64,000 bases of DNA from Octopus vulgaris (lineage: Eukaryota), in the NCBI GenBank assembly GCA_951406725.2, contig OX597818.1, forward strand, positions 13,082,001 through 13,146,000, in the 5' to 3' direction. Position numbers and translations under genes: made by a program. Positions 42,289 to 57,199 of this stretch are shown piece after piece (position 1 is the first letter of the stretch; each line of letters begins with the position of its first letter). Under the pieces are notes generated by a model. It was not told the DNA's origin and ran no database searches. It was given only the letters and a program-made list of their open reading frames with translations.

Positions 42289-42665
42289 TCCTCCTCCTCC
42301 TTCTTCTTCTTCGTCTGCTTCTCCGTCGTCGTCTTCTTCTTCTTCTTCTTCTTCTTCTTCTTCTTCTTCTTCTTCTTCTTCTTCTTCTCCTTCTTCTCCT
42401 TCTTCATCTTCGTCTATTGTTGTTGTTCTTCTTTTCTCCTTCTTCATCTTCTTCGTCTGTTGTTGTTGTTCTTCTTCTTTTCTTCTTCTTTTTTTTCTTC
42501 TTCTTCTTCTTCTTTTTTTTCTTCTTCTTCTTCTTCTTCTTTTTATTCTTCTTTTTCTTCTTTCTTTACTGCCCACAAGGGTATATCTCTTGATTCTATA
42601 TCTTATTTGATTCTATATCTTCTTCTTCTTCTTCTTCTTCTTCTTATTATTATTATTATTATTAA

Positions 42666-42753
<88 letters not shown>

Positions 42754-42775
42754 TGTAGTATTAGTATTATTATTC
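42289..42775. repeat. Compound (CTT)n-(ATT)n-(AGT)n microsatellite
   Basis: Seen directly. Confidence 0.95.
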
Positions 42776-43024
42776 AATAATCTTATTATTCAATAGTCTT
42801 ATTTTTTATCACGTGCTTTCATTGCATTAACGAGTGCAGTTCTGTGTGCCTTGGGTATGCGCTGTGGTATGTTATGATGCTCATATTTTTATTGTATTGA
42901 AAGTGTTATACGTAGGATATGTGCGGTGCATAGTAGTACTATTTTCTGTATGTTATTTATGTTTGTTAGTCCTGGTATTTTTGTAATGAATTTATTATGT
43001 ATTTATTATTATTTTAATCTCTTT

Positions 43025-45370
43025 ATCACAGGTTTTGTTGGAGCTCATGCAGTCTTACATGCGTGGAGTTTACTACCTGCAGGCTATGGGACCATGCTAT
43101 TCGTTCTTTCCAGTTATGTAATACTTTCCTGATTATTCTGGGCGTTCCAAGGAGGTAAACCTTTTGTAACATTTCTCCTGTGCACCCTATTTCAATTTCC
43201 TTTATATTTCTCTTGATGCCTTCTGATACTGTTCTCAAGAATCCAACAATAATTGGCATTATCTTCACCTTCATTTTCCAAAGCCGAACTATTTCGTACT
43301 TAAGAAGGTTCTATCTATCTTTTCACCTTCCTTCTTGACTATTTATGGGTTAAAGGGGAATGCAGCGTCAACTATATAGTATATGTGGTGTACATTGTCC
43401 ACCACCACTAGGCCCGGTCTGTTATGCACCTGATATGCTTAGATTGGGAAATCCCAGAGGATTTTGCTAGTCTCCGACTCTGCTACGCCCTGCGGTTTTT
43501 GGTCATACCACGTCATGCCTCTCTCTTCCCCCACTTTTCGCTCAGGTTCCAGTGTGGCACTTTCGCTACCTGGTTGTGTTGCCACAATCTGTAGTGGTTT
43601 CGGGTAGGTCTAAGGCATTTGGTCGTGATATGAACAATGGTTTCAACCACTCTATTGCAGATGCGGCACAACGGAGACACTTGCTTATTCCACAGGTTGA
43701 CGCTCCCGTTCTTGCCCAGCGTATGGTCCTGCGTTGATAGTATAGAGCTCTGGATCTGTTTTTTAGTGTTCCTTTTATCAGCCAATCCCACCCACTTTTG
43801 CTGTGGCTACATGGAATTGATTGTGTAGTTCTTTGTTGCATAATTCTTCTTCATGTCCTTTTTGTACTTCTTCCTTTATTTTCCCTTTTTCTCTGCTCTC
43901 AATACTCCCTCGTTCCTAACTGTCACTAGCGAGGTTTCCTCACTTTGGGCTTGGTATCTCATTAAGCTCTCGACTTCGATACTCACTCAGTCTTCCACAC
44001 TTATCAGTTCCCTTCCTCCATTTACTCTCTTCATTTGTTGGCGCTCAGTGTCTGGACGTGGGTGATGGGCTCCATGCATCGTTAAAAGCTTTCTCGACTT
44101 CCTGTCAATCTCCTTTAGCTCCTCCTCTATCCACTTCAGGATTTCAGCGTCATGCGGTTCGACTGCGACTGCGCTCCAGTTTATTACCGAAATATTGTTT
44201 CTGGCATTCAGCTTTGAAGCCAGTTTTTTTGTCACTCACCGCAGGTACTCTCTTTTTGTCTTCTTCTCATTGTGGTGGTATTTTATTCCATCTGCCTCAA
44301 GTATTCTCAGGTATTTATAGCTGCATTGTGGCTGAATTGCCTTTAGCATTTCACCACTTGGCAACAATCTGTCTTCAGCCTTGCCGCTCTTTCTTCGTCT
44401 CATCACGTACGTAGCACATTTTGGGAGTCCAAACTCCGTCTTCATATCATTTCGTAGTATATTTTGGGAGTCGAAACTCCATCTTCCTATCATTGGGAAA
44501 AATCTGAATAGACTGCGCTAAGCTGTCCAGTTCTGCCTCATTTTATGTGAATAGCTACAGATAGTGCATGAATAGCAAGTGGTTCAGTTTTCCATTACCT
44601 CTTCCCAGATGATACATTAACTTTGAATTTTTCTAGTATTTCACGCAAGGGGATCATTCCCAGCAAGGGATCATTCACACCCTCTCTGTTTAATGGTTGG
44701 CAGCCCCCACTTTTTTCCAAGTATCTGTACAGTTCATCGGCCAAAGCTCTTGACACTAGTTTCCACATTAGCGTAAGGTACGTTACTAGTCTAAAGTTGG
44801 ATGCAACATTTCCCTTTTCAGGATCCTTTGCACATAACAATATCTTTCCTTCTGTCATCCAGCTGGGTACTGCGCCTCCCTGCAAACACTCATCTAGCCG
44901 TTGTGCTATGTTATCATGGAGCCTTCTCAGCTTCCTCATCCAATACCCTCGGACCCCATCCGCTCCTGGGTTGTTCCGATTTTGGAATTTTCTTAACTTC
45001 TTTTTTTATCATCTCTGTACTTATCTTTGTCTTCTTGGAGTTCTATATTTCTTTACCAATCTAGCATTTCCTGCAGACACTCCACTTCAACATTATGCTC
45101 TACATGTTTCTCCCCGTTCCCTCTCCAGAATGCCTTGCTTTTTCTCTGCATCTGCTGTCACTGTTACGTATATTTGTCATCTAGTTCCTGAAGCAGTTTC
45201 TTCTAATTTGCTTCAAACAATCTGTTTTGCCTGAAGTAGCTTTTTCTATTGTTACATCTCTCCTGTTTTGTTTTGTTTGCTACTACTCTTTGTTTCAATT
45301 CTTGCAGTACCATATCATAAACTTTATCTCTTATTCTATATGTTCTTTCCAGCAATTCTCCTTTTTTCAA
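43025..45370 (-). mobile_element. Degenerate R4/Dong-like LINE (RT, CCHC, RLE)
   Basis: VPSWMTEGKILLCAKD..SNFRLVT; EFGLPKCA; YKYL.ILE; CRICNRVVETIVHITTKC; MPIIVGFL. Confidence 0.85.
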
Positions 45371-45383
45371 TCTATTATCATCA

Positions 45384-45420
<37 letters not shown>

Positions 45421-45556
45421 TTTTTTTTCTTCTTTCAAATTTGCTTCCATTTCTTGCCGAGTGTCTTCCCGACTCCTAGGGCAAAGAAACTCATAGTATA
45501 CATTGGTAGGCCATTAAACCAAACTCAATAGTTCGTTCATTTTTTTTTTTTTTAAA

Positions 45557-45633
<77 letters not shown>

Positions 45634-46174
45634 CATTATTAATATTATTATTATTATCATCATTGTGATCTTTATGTAAAGTCTTTTTGAACATAGTAAA
45701 GCGTACTAATTATTTTAATGGAAAAATATACACAGTGTTACTGAAAATTATTTTAGAAGACTCGGTAAATTTATATGCAAATATGCATGGATTCATACAT
45801 ACGCACACATATAGGTACACGCTCGCATATATATATATATATTTGTGTGTATATATATATATATATATGTATAAGCAAATGTTTAAATGTATGTAACATA
45901 TGAATATCACTGCATCAAGTATATTTATGTGAGAGTTTGTAAGTATTATGTAAGAATGTATGAGTATATCTATACATGTGCACAAATATCAATTTGCATA
46001 CATATGCATACATTCATTAAATCATTGATTTACATATACACACTTCAGGGACAAGACCACAGAGTTACCCTCTCCGAAGCAACACTGAAAGCTACTGGAA
46101 TTGAACCTAAATCGCTTCAATACATGCCCAAGTGGTAGTATTCTGTCACAAGAGAAAAGGAAGAAATCAAACTT

Positions 46175-46556
<382 letters not shown>

Positions 46557-47287
46557 TGATGATGACGATGATAATATTTATTAATATATTTAATAATAAC
46601 AATAATAATGATGATGATGATGATGATGACGAAAACACCTAAAGCTGATCCGGCAATATTTATTAATATATTTATATAGATATGTGCGTGTGTGTATTTG
46701 GTTGGCAGATGTGTGTATCTTGTGTGTGAGAGTATATCTATGTGTGTGTGTGTCTGTGTGTGCCCGCGCGATAAAAATGATGCTGTGTGGACTGATATTT
46801 CCTTTGACAGGATGCAGGCTATACATACATAAATCATTAATTTATGTCTCCTCATCTGCACACTTAAAGAAGTGATGCCACATTGTTACAATATCCATTA
46901 CTGCTGTCCTGCGTAGAGCAGCACGGCTTTACGACGTATATCATTGCAACATAAAATTCCCGGAGAGATACTCAGATGTGATTTGAAGGGACGTATAAGC
47001 GACATGCAAAAGTAAAACCTCCAAATTCCGAAACCCAACTAACATTTTAGCTTCTTTGGACATGAAAATTTTAACCACTAACGCGAAGTATAAGGAATTT
47101 CAGAATGAAGTAATTACCAGTTTTTTTTATTGTTTATTGTCTCTGGTTATTTCGCTAAAGGTGCTTAGAAAGACGCAGGAAATACCGACAGTGGCATATA
47201 ATTAAAATCCAATTTTATACAGGATATATATATATATATATACATACATATATATATATCAGTGCGTATGTAAGATGTATACACATA

Positions 47288-47362
<75 letters not shown>

Positions 47363-47384
47363 AGTGTGTGTGTGTATGTGTGTA

Positions 47385-47546
47385 TAGGCGCAGGTGACGC
47401 TGTATGGTAAGAAGCTTAATTCCCAACCACATGGTTCCAGTTTCAGTCCTACTACGTGGCGCCTTGGGCAAGTGATTTCTACAATAGCCTCGGGTCGATG
47501 AATGCATTGAGTGTAATTCTTAGACGGAAACTGAATGAATCCCGTC

Positions 47547-47550
<4 letters not shown>
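47385..47550 (+). mobile_element. SINE family A, 5' half
   Basis: AGGCGCAGG...TAGACGGAAACTGAA...CCCGTCG. Confidence 0.75.
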
Positions 47551-47585
<35 letters not shown>

Positions 47586-48415
47586 CTTATGTATATATTA
47601 CATATGTATGTATATATGTGAAAAATTACAATGACATGCGATTCCGAAATCCTGTAATGAGTTTCAAATTTCCTTAACTTACACCTGTATCACGCTATAG
47701 CTTCATCGAACGTTCTAAATAGTGTTATTTTATTAGGGAATGTGTTTCCACCCCCACTCCCCACGTATTTATATATGTATATATATATATTTATACACAC
47801 ACACACGCACATGCAGCAGAGCATTACTAGTGAAAGAAGCATAAACATATCAAGGCAATGAAGTCAAGTGTTTGAAAGGGTGAAGCCACTCCCCGAAGTG
47901 CATTATGATAAAATACCATTTCAATATATGTATAAGGACAGGTATATGAAGAACCTATATGAAAAGAAGTAAAAATATCTCCTAAAAACTGATACAAATA
48001 TCTTCGTGTCACATTAAACGTGACACAATCCAAGGCATTGCGAGAAAGAGAAGATAACAGGGAAAGAAATAAAAAGAGAAAATGGGATGAAAACTGAAAT
48101 AGCGTAGTAGAATGCATTTATGAGGGTCGATAAATATTTTCCTATATAAGGATTCAAACCATAGTTACGAATTTACAATTACCAGGCCAGAATTGGAGGA
48201 TGGATTGGGAGGACATATTGCAGATAACAGTGTGTGTTTGTGTGTGTGTATGTATGTTTGCGTATGTGTTTGTGTGTGGGCTGTGCGGGTGTAGAGGGAG
48301 AGAGAGGGGAGAAAATGAGGCAACACTAACAGATATATATCTTTCTATATATATATACACCTAGATTAAAATACACGCGTGTATCCTTATACACATGCAC
48401 CGGTACACACCCACA

Positions 48416-48824
<409 letters not shown>

Positions 48825-48829
<5 letters not shown>

Positions 48830-49395
48830 ACATGATTACCTATATCGTTAACAAAATAGAAGTCAAAAAATACTTCTGTACCACCGAATAGTCACAAATC
48901 TATTACAGACATGATAGGAAAAAAATATCAGAGAACAATAATAATGTCTTACCACTACTGGGTCAGAACAAGTAAATGCTGGTCAAATAGTGCCAAATGG
49001 GTGCCCAATTTCTCATCAGCCAAAGTCCACCAGCTAACTACTAACATTCTCCCCCACCATGTCTGCAAAAGTTAATTTGAAGTGACCAAGTACAATAAAT
49101 ATAGGGATGGTATTGTTAAAATACCATCATGCACACATGGTGGGGGATATTGTTAGTAGTAATTTAGCTGGCGGACTTTGACTGATGAGAAATCGGGAAC
49201 CAATTTGGCGCTAAATTTCGAAACCGGTACCAGGTTGATCATCATTTACTTGTTCTGACACAGTAGACGTAAGACATAATTATTGTTCACTGATATGTTT
49301 TCCTATCATATCTGTAATAGATTTATGAATCTTCGGTGGTACAAAGGTATTTTTTTGATTTCTATTTTTTAGCGATTTAGGTACTCATGTAGTAC
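48825..49395. mobile_element. Diverged fold-back module, ~240-bp arms, with hammerhead
   Basis: ~48825-49067 is the reverse complement of ~49130-49395. Confidence 0.8.
49187..49235 (+). ncRNA. Type I hammerhead motif
   Basis: TTGA-CTGATGA-GAAAT...ATTTC-GAAAC cg GTA-CCAG; the mirror arm reads TTGG, which restores stem I. Confidence 0.6.
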
Positions 49396-49649
49396 TCTTG
49401 TGTATATATATGTACAAATCTAATATTGTATGTATATATTTTATTCATTTGCCTGTACCGCTAATAATTCGCTTACCACTCGTATTTTAAAAATATCATC
49501 GCTATATATATATATATATATACCCACACTCTGAGATATATAAACAGATGCACAAACTCCCACATACACATAATTATATACACATATACACCTATACAAT
49601 CTAAGCAGCTGCACATGCGCTTTCAAGCCCGTCAAACACATGAACACAC

Positions 49650-49692
<43 letters not shown>

Positions 49693-50154
49693 CATTGAAA
49701 TACAAGTATATCGACATATATAGATCGATAGATGTATGTACATATACTATTTCTTATATATACAAATGCACATATATACATATATACGAGGATATGTAGA
49801 AATACATACATATGCGTACAATTACTCGCATATACAGATGCACACACGCATACGAGCATAGATATGTGTTTAAATACATACATGGTGGTTGTCAACTCTT
49901 GATGCAGAGTTTAACCATTTCCTGTACCTACACATTAGAAACATCGTGGCATCTGATGTGGTTTTCTAAAACAGACAATGTTTTAAAAAGACAACCACAT
50001 AAATTGCATATCCGATTTGGAACAGCAAATGCTGTAGTTCTGATATTTGTAAATCTTAAAATGTCTTTTGAGGTCTCAGATTTGCATACCTTTTGTCATA
50101 CATTGCATTGAAAGGTGTGCACAGACATATAAGCATAATAGTTGAGGGAAGTTT

Positions 50155-50280
50155 GTTTTCTGTGGGTTCGCAAATGGGATTTCAGCCCAGCAAAAGAAAG
50201 GAATTGTCTGTCACAAACTGTGCACAAAAAAGACCATTGTGATTCGCCATCTTGATTGTAACATTCGTCTTTAAATCTCT
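50155..50280 (-). pseudogene. Isolated C2H2 zinc-finger fragment, probably an RTE-type LINE C-terminus
   Basis: FLCTVCDRQFLSFAGLKSHLRTH. Confidence 0.5.
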
Positions 50281-50281
50281 G

Positions 50282-50318
<37 letters not shown>

Positions 50319-51169
50319 ACGCATATATATATATATTGTTGATGAACTGGAAAGGGGATAAGTGATTTGCACAACGACTTTTGATATTGCGTTAGAAAAA
50401 TTACACCTGGTTATGCGATGTAATGAGTCTATGTAATTTACCTAATTCAATTTTAAGGCTAGCGCTGATTGAAATGTATGTAGCGTTATTAGAAATTGTG
50501 ATAGTCTTAAAAGTTGGGGGTTTACAGTTAACCAAGTCCGTGTAAGATTGTTTAATGTGCCTGGATGCAAAACGGGTTAAGTCATCCGAATTTTAACAGT
50601 GTGGAATCCCAGTGTGTTGTAGTGGACTTCATTTCGGCGTATAAGTAATCTTTACTTTATATCCGTTTCTGCTGAGAGCCAGCTAAGTTGTCAGATGTTT
50701 GCATATTTGAAACTTTAAAACTTGAATAGACACATTTCATCGTTTGATTGATATTTGGTCTAGAATCGCAAGTTTCCAAGTGGACCTATTACACGATTTT
50801 TGAGGTTTGTTGTAAGGATGGTATAAACTTGATGTAATGTCAAAGTTTACATCTAGGAAGATGAATGTTAAGTTCGAAAATAAGTTAGAGGTTGTAATTC
50901 TTAATCTTCGAAGGTTTTATGGGTGCGTTCCAGGAGAGAGGCATGATACTCTACCAGTCGTATTGTAATCGACTGACGCTTTGTTCTGAAGCATATGTGT
51001 AATCAGTTCAAAGACCACGTTATTAGAATCGCTCTGTCTAAATGATATATGCATAAACACACACACACAAACACACATACGCTTACACACACACATGCAC
51101 ACGCTCGCACATACACACACACTCTTATATATAGGACGTCAAAAGAACAGAGAAAAGAAGGACAGTACC

Positions 51170-51740
51170 TATGTCAGTACCTATCTCTTTATTATCCTTA
51201 ATTACTAAATTGACATCGAAATAATTAATATTCCTTATTTTATAACCATTTCTGGTGGCCTTAAGCGCGCTAGGGTATATTTTTATTAGTAAAAATTCAA
51301 AGAAACCATAATTAACTATCAATATCTCATCTACGTATCTCCAGCATCCATTGAGTTGTTTAAGCAAACCAAGTTTTATCCCTGCAGATAAGTCTTTAAG
51401 AAGAAGGAACTAGCAGGAATATAATGGTCCGCATTTGCCACCCATTAGAATTCCTCTAGCCTGCTCAAACGCACTACCCGCAAACACAACAAACAAATTA
51501 TTATTAATAAAACTAACCATCTCTTTCATCTTTCTCTTATATTAGTATATCTCTTATCACAACAATTAGACAAGAAACATTTTACCATTCTTCAAAGACA
51601 TATATTTATATCCTGCACTAAATATATCTAATATACTAAAAGTACCTGCTACACATTTAAAACTTAAGTTTGTATATAGCTTCGAAAAATCGTACACATA
51701 CATACTCTTGACCTTCATGCATTTAATCAATCTATTTACA
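51170..51740 (-). pseudogene. PLE reverse transcriptase fragment
   Basis: VYDFSKLYTNL; QARGILMGGKCGP; WRYVDEIL..IYPSAL..NYFDV. Confidence 0.85.
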
Positions 51741-52516
51741 CACATATATATGTATAAACATACATATATATGTGTCTGTATATAATTATATACGCACGTA
51801 GAGATATGTATATGTATATATGTGTGTGTGTGTGTGTCTCATAGTCCTTTTCTATTGGTTCTTCCTCTTAAGTCAAGTTGTGTTTATAATACAAAACACG
51901 GAGCCAGTCTTGTTACACATATATACATCTGACCACTACTTTACACAGTCATGAAAAATAAATCTCTACCCATTTATCTCACGTCAGGCTAACACCAAAT
52001 TCTACTACTTTTTATTCTCATGACTAAAATGCATCTCTCACTTCCTCATCGAAATAAATGACTGATTCTCTCTGAAAAGTTATATACATTCAACTCCAAG
52101 AATGGCATTATCACAAGAAATAAGTCTGAAAGCCATAAACACTATTGCACAAGTACAGTTATATGTTAATGGATTGATATATGGAGTATTAAAATGCAGG
52201 CTTTGTGCAAACATTAGAATCATAATTCAGAACATTCATAGAATATCTGTTTCTACAGAATAGATACAAATACCAAGAAACACTTTAGTTTGATTAAAAG
52301 CAAACCGAATGAAATATGTTATTTGTGATCTTCTACGACAGGATTAACACTTTTCAAACTGACACTGAAATAAAATCAACAATCAAATGATCTGTTTGCG
52401 TGTTTATTTATCAAAATAAAACTGCAATATTCTGACCAGTGTATAGTGTCTGCTTTCTATGTTCTGGAAGAGACTATTTAAAGAAGAGACTATTTAAAAG
52501 CAAATACAAACAAAAC

Positions 52517-52551
<35 letters not shown>

Positions 52552-52554
<3 letters not shown>

Positions 52555-53300
52555 CGTAAGTTTGGTAAGTAACTTGCTTACAAACCGCATGGTTCCGGGT
52601 TCAGTCCCACTCCGTGGCACCTTGGGCAAGTGGCATCTACTATAGGCTCGGGCCGACCAAAGCCTTGTGAGTGGATTTGGTAGACGGAAAATGAAAGAAG
52701 CCCGTCATATAATAAACCTTTACATAAATAAATAACATGAAATACACGAAGGGACGAACAAAAAGACAAACGGGTCATTCAAAGCCTTCATTCTTCAGTC
52801 AGAAACTGATCCCTCATCGCAGATTTCGGCTGTTTAATTCTGAGATCCGCTCTGAATCAGCCAGCCACAGAAGGAAATAATGCAACGCAACAGAGACGAA
52901 GCCCATCATATATATGTATATGTATGTGTGTCTCTGTGTGTGTCATATATATGTCTTATATATATGTCTTTTCTATTCTTGAGCGTTATACTAATACATC
53001 TGTTTGTTTTGTACACCGCCTGTCTTCGTCTTTTGTTGTTTTTTTCGTAAAATTCTCCCTATATATGTGCATATGTGTGTATGTGTTTGTGTGTCTTTGT
53101 CCCCCAACATCGTTTGAAAACCAATGCTGGTGTGTTTGCGTCCCCGTAACTTAGCGGTTCGGCAAAAGAGACCGATAGAATAAGTACTAGGCTTACGAAG
53201 AATAAGTCCTGGGGTCGAATTGCTCGACTAAAGGCGGTGCTCCAGCATGGCCACAATCAGATGACTGAAACAAGTAGAAGAGAAAAAGTGTAAAGAGTAA
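52552..53300 (+). mobile_element. SINE family A interrupted by insertions
   Basis: 5' half at 52552-52711, 3' half at ~53080-53300. Confidence 0.75.
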
Positions 53301-53550
53301 GAGTATAATTTTAGAGACTGAGAAATTGATAACTAAAGAAATTTACGGCAACGTTCTCCAAAGACTAAACTCGATATTACAGGTCTTATGAATTCCTCGA
53401 CACAAACCTGTGCATTGCAAACCTTCGAGAAAAATATATCTGACTTGAACAATAGAATACAAATGCAACCTATATTTCGCCAAAATTATTGAGAAACAAA
53501 TAACCGTAATAATGATAATGATAACGATGATGATGATAATGATAATAATA

Positions 53551-53617
<67 letters not shown>

Positions 53618-53624
53618 TAATAAT

Positions 53625-54184
<560 letters not shown>

Positions 54185-54230
54185 AATAATAATAACAACT
54201 ACAACACTAATTATAATAATAATAATGATA

Positions 54231-54800
54231 AATGCCCTGATGCAGTACCAGGCAGTGGCTCTCATGGCTTCTGTTCTTAACTGATTGGAAGTGTTATTTG
54301 GAAGTTTTATCATGTACATTGTTTTGTCTTGGTATAAAAGATGGACTACAACAAATATTCTGGTCAATACCACAGATTTGCTTGTCAGTTGTTTGACCAT
54401 AACCATTTCAGCATGTCCCTTAGTGGCTGACGATATGTGCATCTCTGATCACGCGTAGAAGTAGTAGGGGAGCATCATCGCCATGTGTTGAGAGGAATTA
54501 TTTGGGGTTTGAATAAATCACCTCTGGAAACTTGGGTGTTTCGTTCAACATCTTTAAACAACCCTTATTCAGGGACCTTTTGAGCGGGATGGGTCACTCG
54601 ACCAGAAGAAAACTGTAACTGGGCCCCACCTGCAAGGTCATGTGCTGTTTATCTTGATATGAGATTACCATGTCGCGCACGTATGGTTGTTATGCATATG
54701 CCTGGTGTATCCTTATCAGACTGGTAGTCATGATGGATATACTGGACTTCGTATATTTTACCTCAGTGTCACTTTGATGTCATGCACTGGTCTCTCACTC
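54231..54800 (+). mobile_element. Family T repeat, apparently full length
   Basis: AATGCCCTGATGCAGTACCAGG...CTCTCACTC(AAT)n. Confidence 0.85.
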
Positions 54801-54832
<32 letters not shown>

Positions 54833-54836
54833 TAAC

Positions 54837-54981
<145 letters not shown>

Positions 54982-54984
54982 TTA

Positions 54985-55658
54985 ATAACAATTTGTCTCC
55001 AAGTGCAATATTCTTACACCTACAGAGTATCTCAACAGGCATGATAGAGCTGCACAATACATTCACTGGGTAATTTGCAAACACATTGACTTGCCCCATG
55101 ATAAAAACTGGTGGGAACGCAAACCACATCCAGTGCTTGTAAATGATTACGTCTCACTCCTCTGGATTTTCACCATTCAAACTGACAGAAAGATAGCTGC
55201 AAATAGGACAGATATCATATTGAAAGACTTCAGACAAAAATCATACCTACTCATTGATATTACTGTCCCAGTCTTGAAATAGAAATCAGCAAAATGTGGA
55301 ACCTGAAGACTAAAACAATACCTATTGTCATAGGTGCCCTGCGAATGATACCAAAAGGGGCTGATTGCTACCTAACTCAGATACCAGGAAACCCAAAAAT
55401 GGCAGAAATTCAACAGTCAGTGCTTATGGGAACTGCTCATATCATACACAAAATACTTTCTATGTAATCTCAAGTTTTAAAACAAACATAATTTTCGTAT
55501 GGCTATTTAGACATTCACTAGTACAACACTAAATACAAAACAAAATATATGGCATACTCGGCATAACAACCTGAACTTACAACCTGTAGTCTCATGAGGT
55601 CTCTGGGTGAGATTTGGAGCCACCTTGTACAAATGTAAAGCAAAAGTCAAACATAGAA
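54985..55658 (+). mobile_element. R4/Dong-like LINE 3' fragment
   Basis: RHDR..IHWVIC; LLWIFTIQTDRKIAANRTDII; same 3' UTR end (GCAAAAGTCAAACATAG) as 20398. Confidence 0.85.
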
Positions 55659-55733
<75 letters not shown>

Positions 55734-55853
55734 AACTACTACAACAACTACTACAACTACAACTACTACTACTACTAATAATAATACTAATAATACTAAT
55801 AATAATAATAATAACAATAATAATAATGATAATAATAATAATAATAATAATAA

Positions 55854-56412
55854 GTTATCATGTACATTGTTTTGTCTTGGTATAAAAGATGGGCTACAGC
55901 AAATATTCTGCTCAATAGTTATCATGTACATTGTTTTGTCTTGGTATAAAAGATGGGCTACAGCAAATATTCTGCTCAATACCACAGATTTGCTTGTCAG
56001 TTGTTTGACCTTAACCAGTTGAGCATGTCCCTTAGTGGCTGACGATATGTGCATCTCTGATCACGAGTAGAAGTAGTGGGGGAGCATCATAGCCATGTGT
56101 TGAGAAGGATTCTTTGGGGTTTGAATAATTCACCTCTGGAAACATGGGTGTTTCGTTCAACGTCCTTAAACAACCCTTATTCAGGGACCTTTTGAGCGGG
56201 ATGGGTTACTCGATCTGAAGAAAATTCTAACTGGGCTCCACCTGCAAGGTCATGTGCTGTTTATCTTGATATGAGATCACCATGTCGCGCACATATGGTT
56301 GTGATGCATGTGCCTGGTGTACCCTTATCAGACGGGTAGTCATGATGGGTATACTGGGCTTCGTTTATTTTACCCCAGTGTCACTTTGATGGCATGCTCT
56401 GCTCGCTCACTC
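55854..56412 (+). mobile_element. Family T repeat, 5'-truncated, with a 64-bp 5' duplication
   Basis: 55854-55917 repeats at 55918-55981. Confidence 0.85.
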
Positions 56413-56455
56413 AATAATAATAATGATAATAATAATAACAATAATAACAATAAAT

Positions 56456-57070
56456 TGCCCTGATGCAGTGCCAGGCAGTGGCTCTCAAGGTTTATCATCT
56501 TAACTGATTGGAAGTGTTATCATGTACATTGTTTAAACTTGATATCAAAGATGAGTTACAGCAAATATTCTGCTCAATGCCACAGAATTGCATGATGGTT
56601 GTTTCACTTTAACCAGTTAAGCATGTTCTTCAGTGGCTGACGATATATCCATTTCTGAATTACGAGCGAAAATAGTGGGGAGCATCATAACCATGTGTTG
56701 AGATGAATTCTTATTAGCACCGAAGCAATGACACTAAAGAGCAAACACTAATAACATTAACAACAGTAAGAAGGAGACCGTCGTGGCAATAATCTCCCAA
56801 AGGTATTTATACCACTTCTCTCACTCTCTACTCTATCTAGTCCTCTCTCTTCCTCTCTCTCTACATGTTAAACGAAAGGATTAAAAGACGTTCAGCGATT
56901 CAGAAAATAATTGTTGAGAAAGCGGAGATACCGCGTCCATATTAACCAACTAGTATTCTGTCTACGGGTAATGTTTTCATTAGTGAGCAAATGTGTTGAG
57001 AGGAATTCTTTGAGTTTGGATAATTCACCTTTGGAAACATGGGTGTTTCGTTCAACATCCTTAAACAACG
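56456..57070 (+). mobile_element. Family T repeat interrupted by a 278-bp insert
   Basis: Family sequence resumes at 56991 after a duplicated 20-mer. Confidence 0.75.

Positions 57071-57199
<129 letters not shown>

Noticed and set aside
47278-47386. Palindrome of (CA)n-TATA-(TG)n
   Set aside because: Pure microsatellite symmetry with little information
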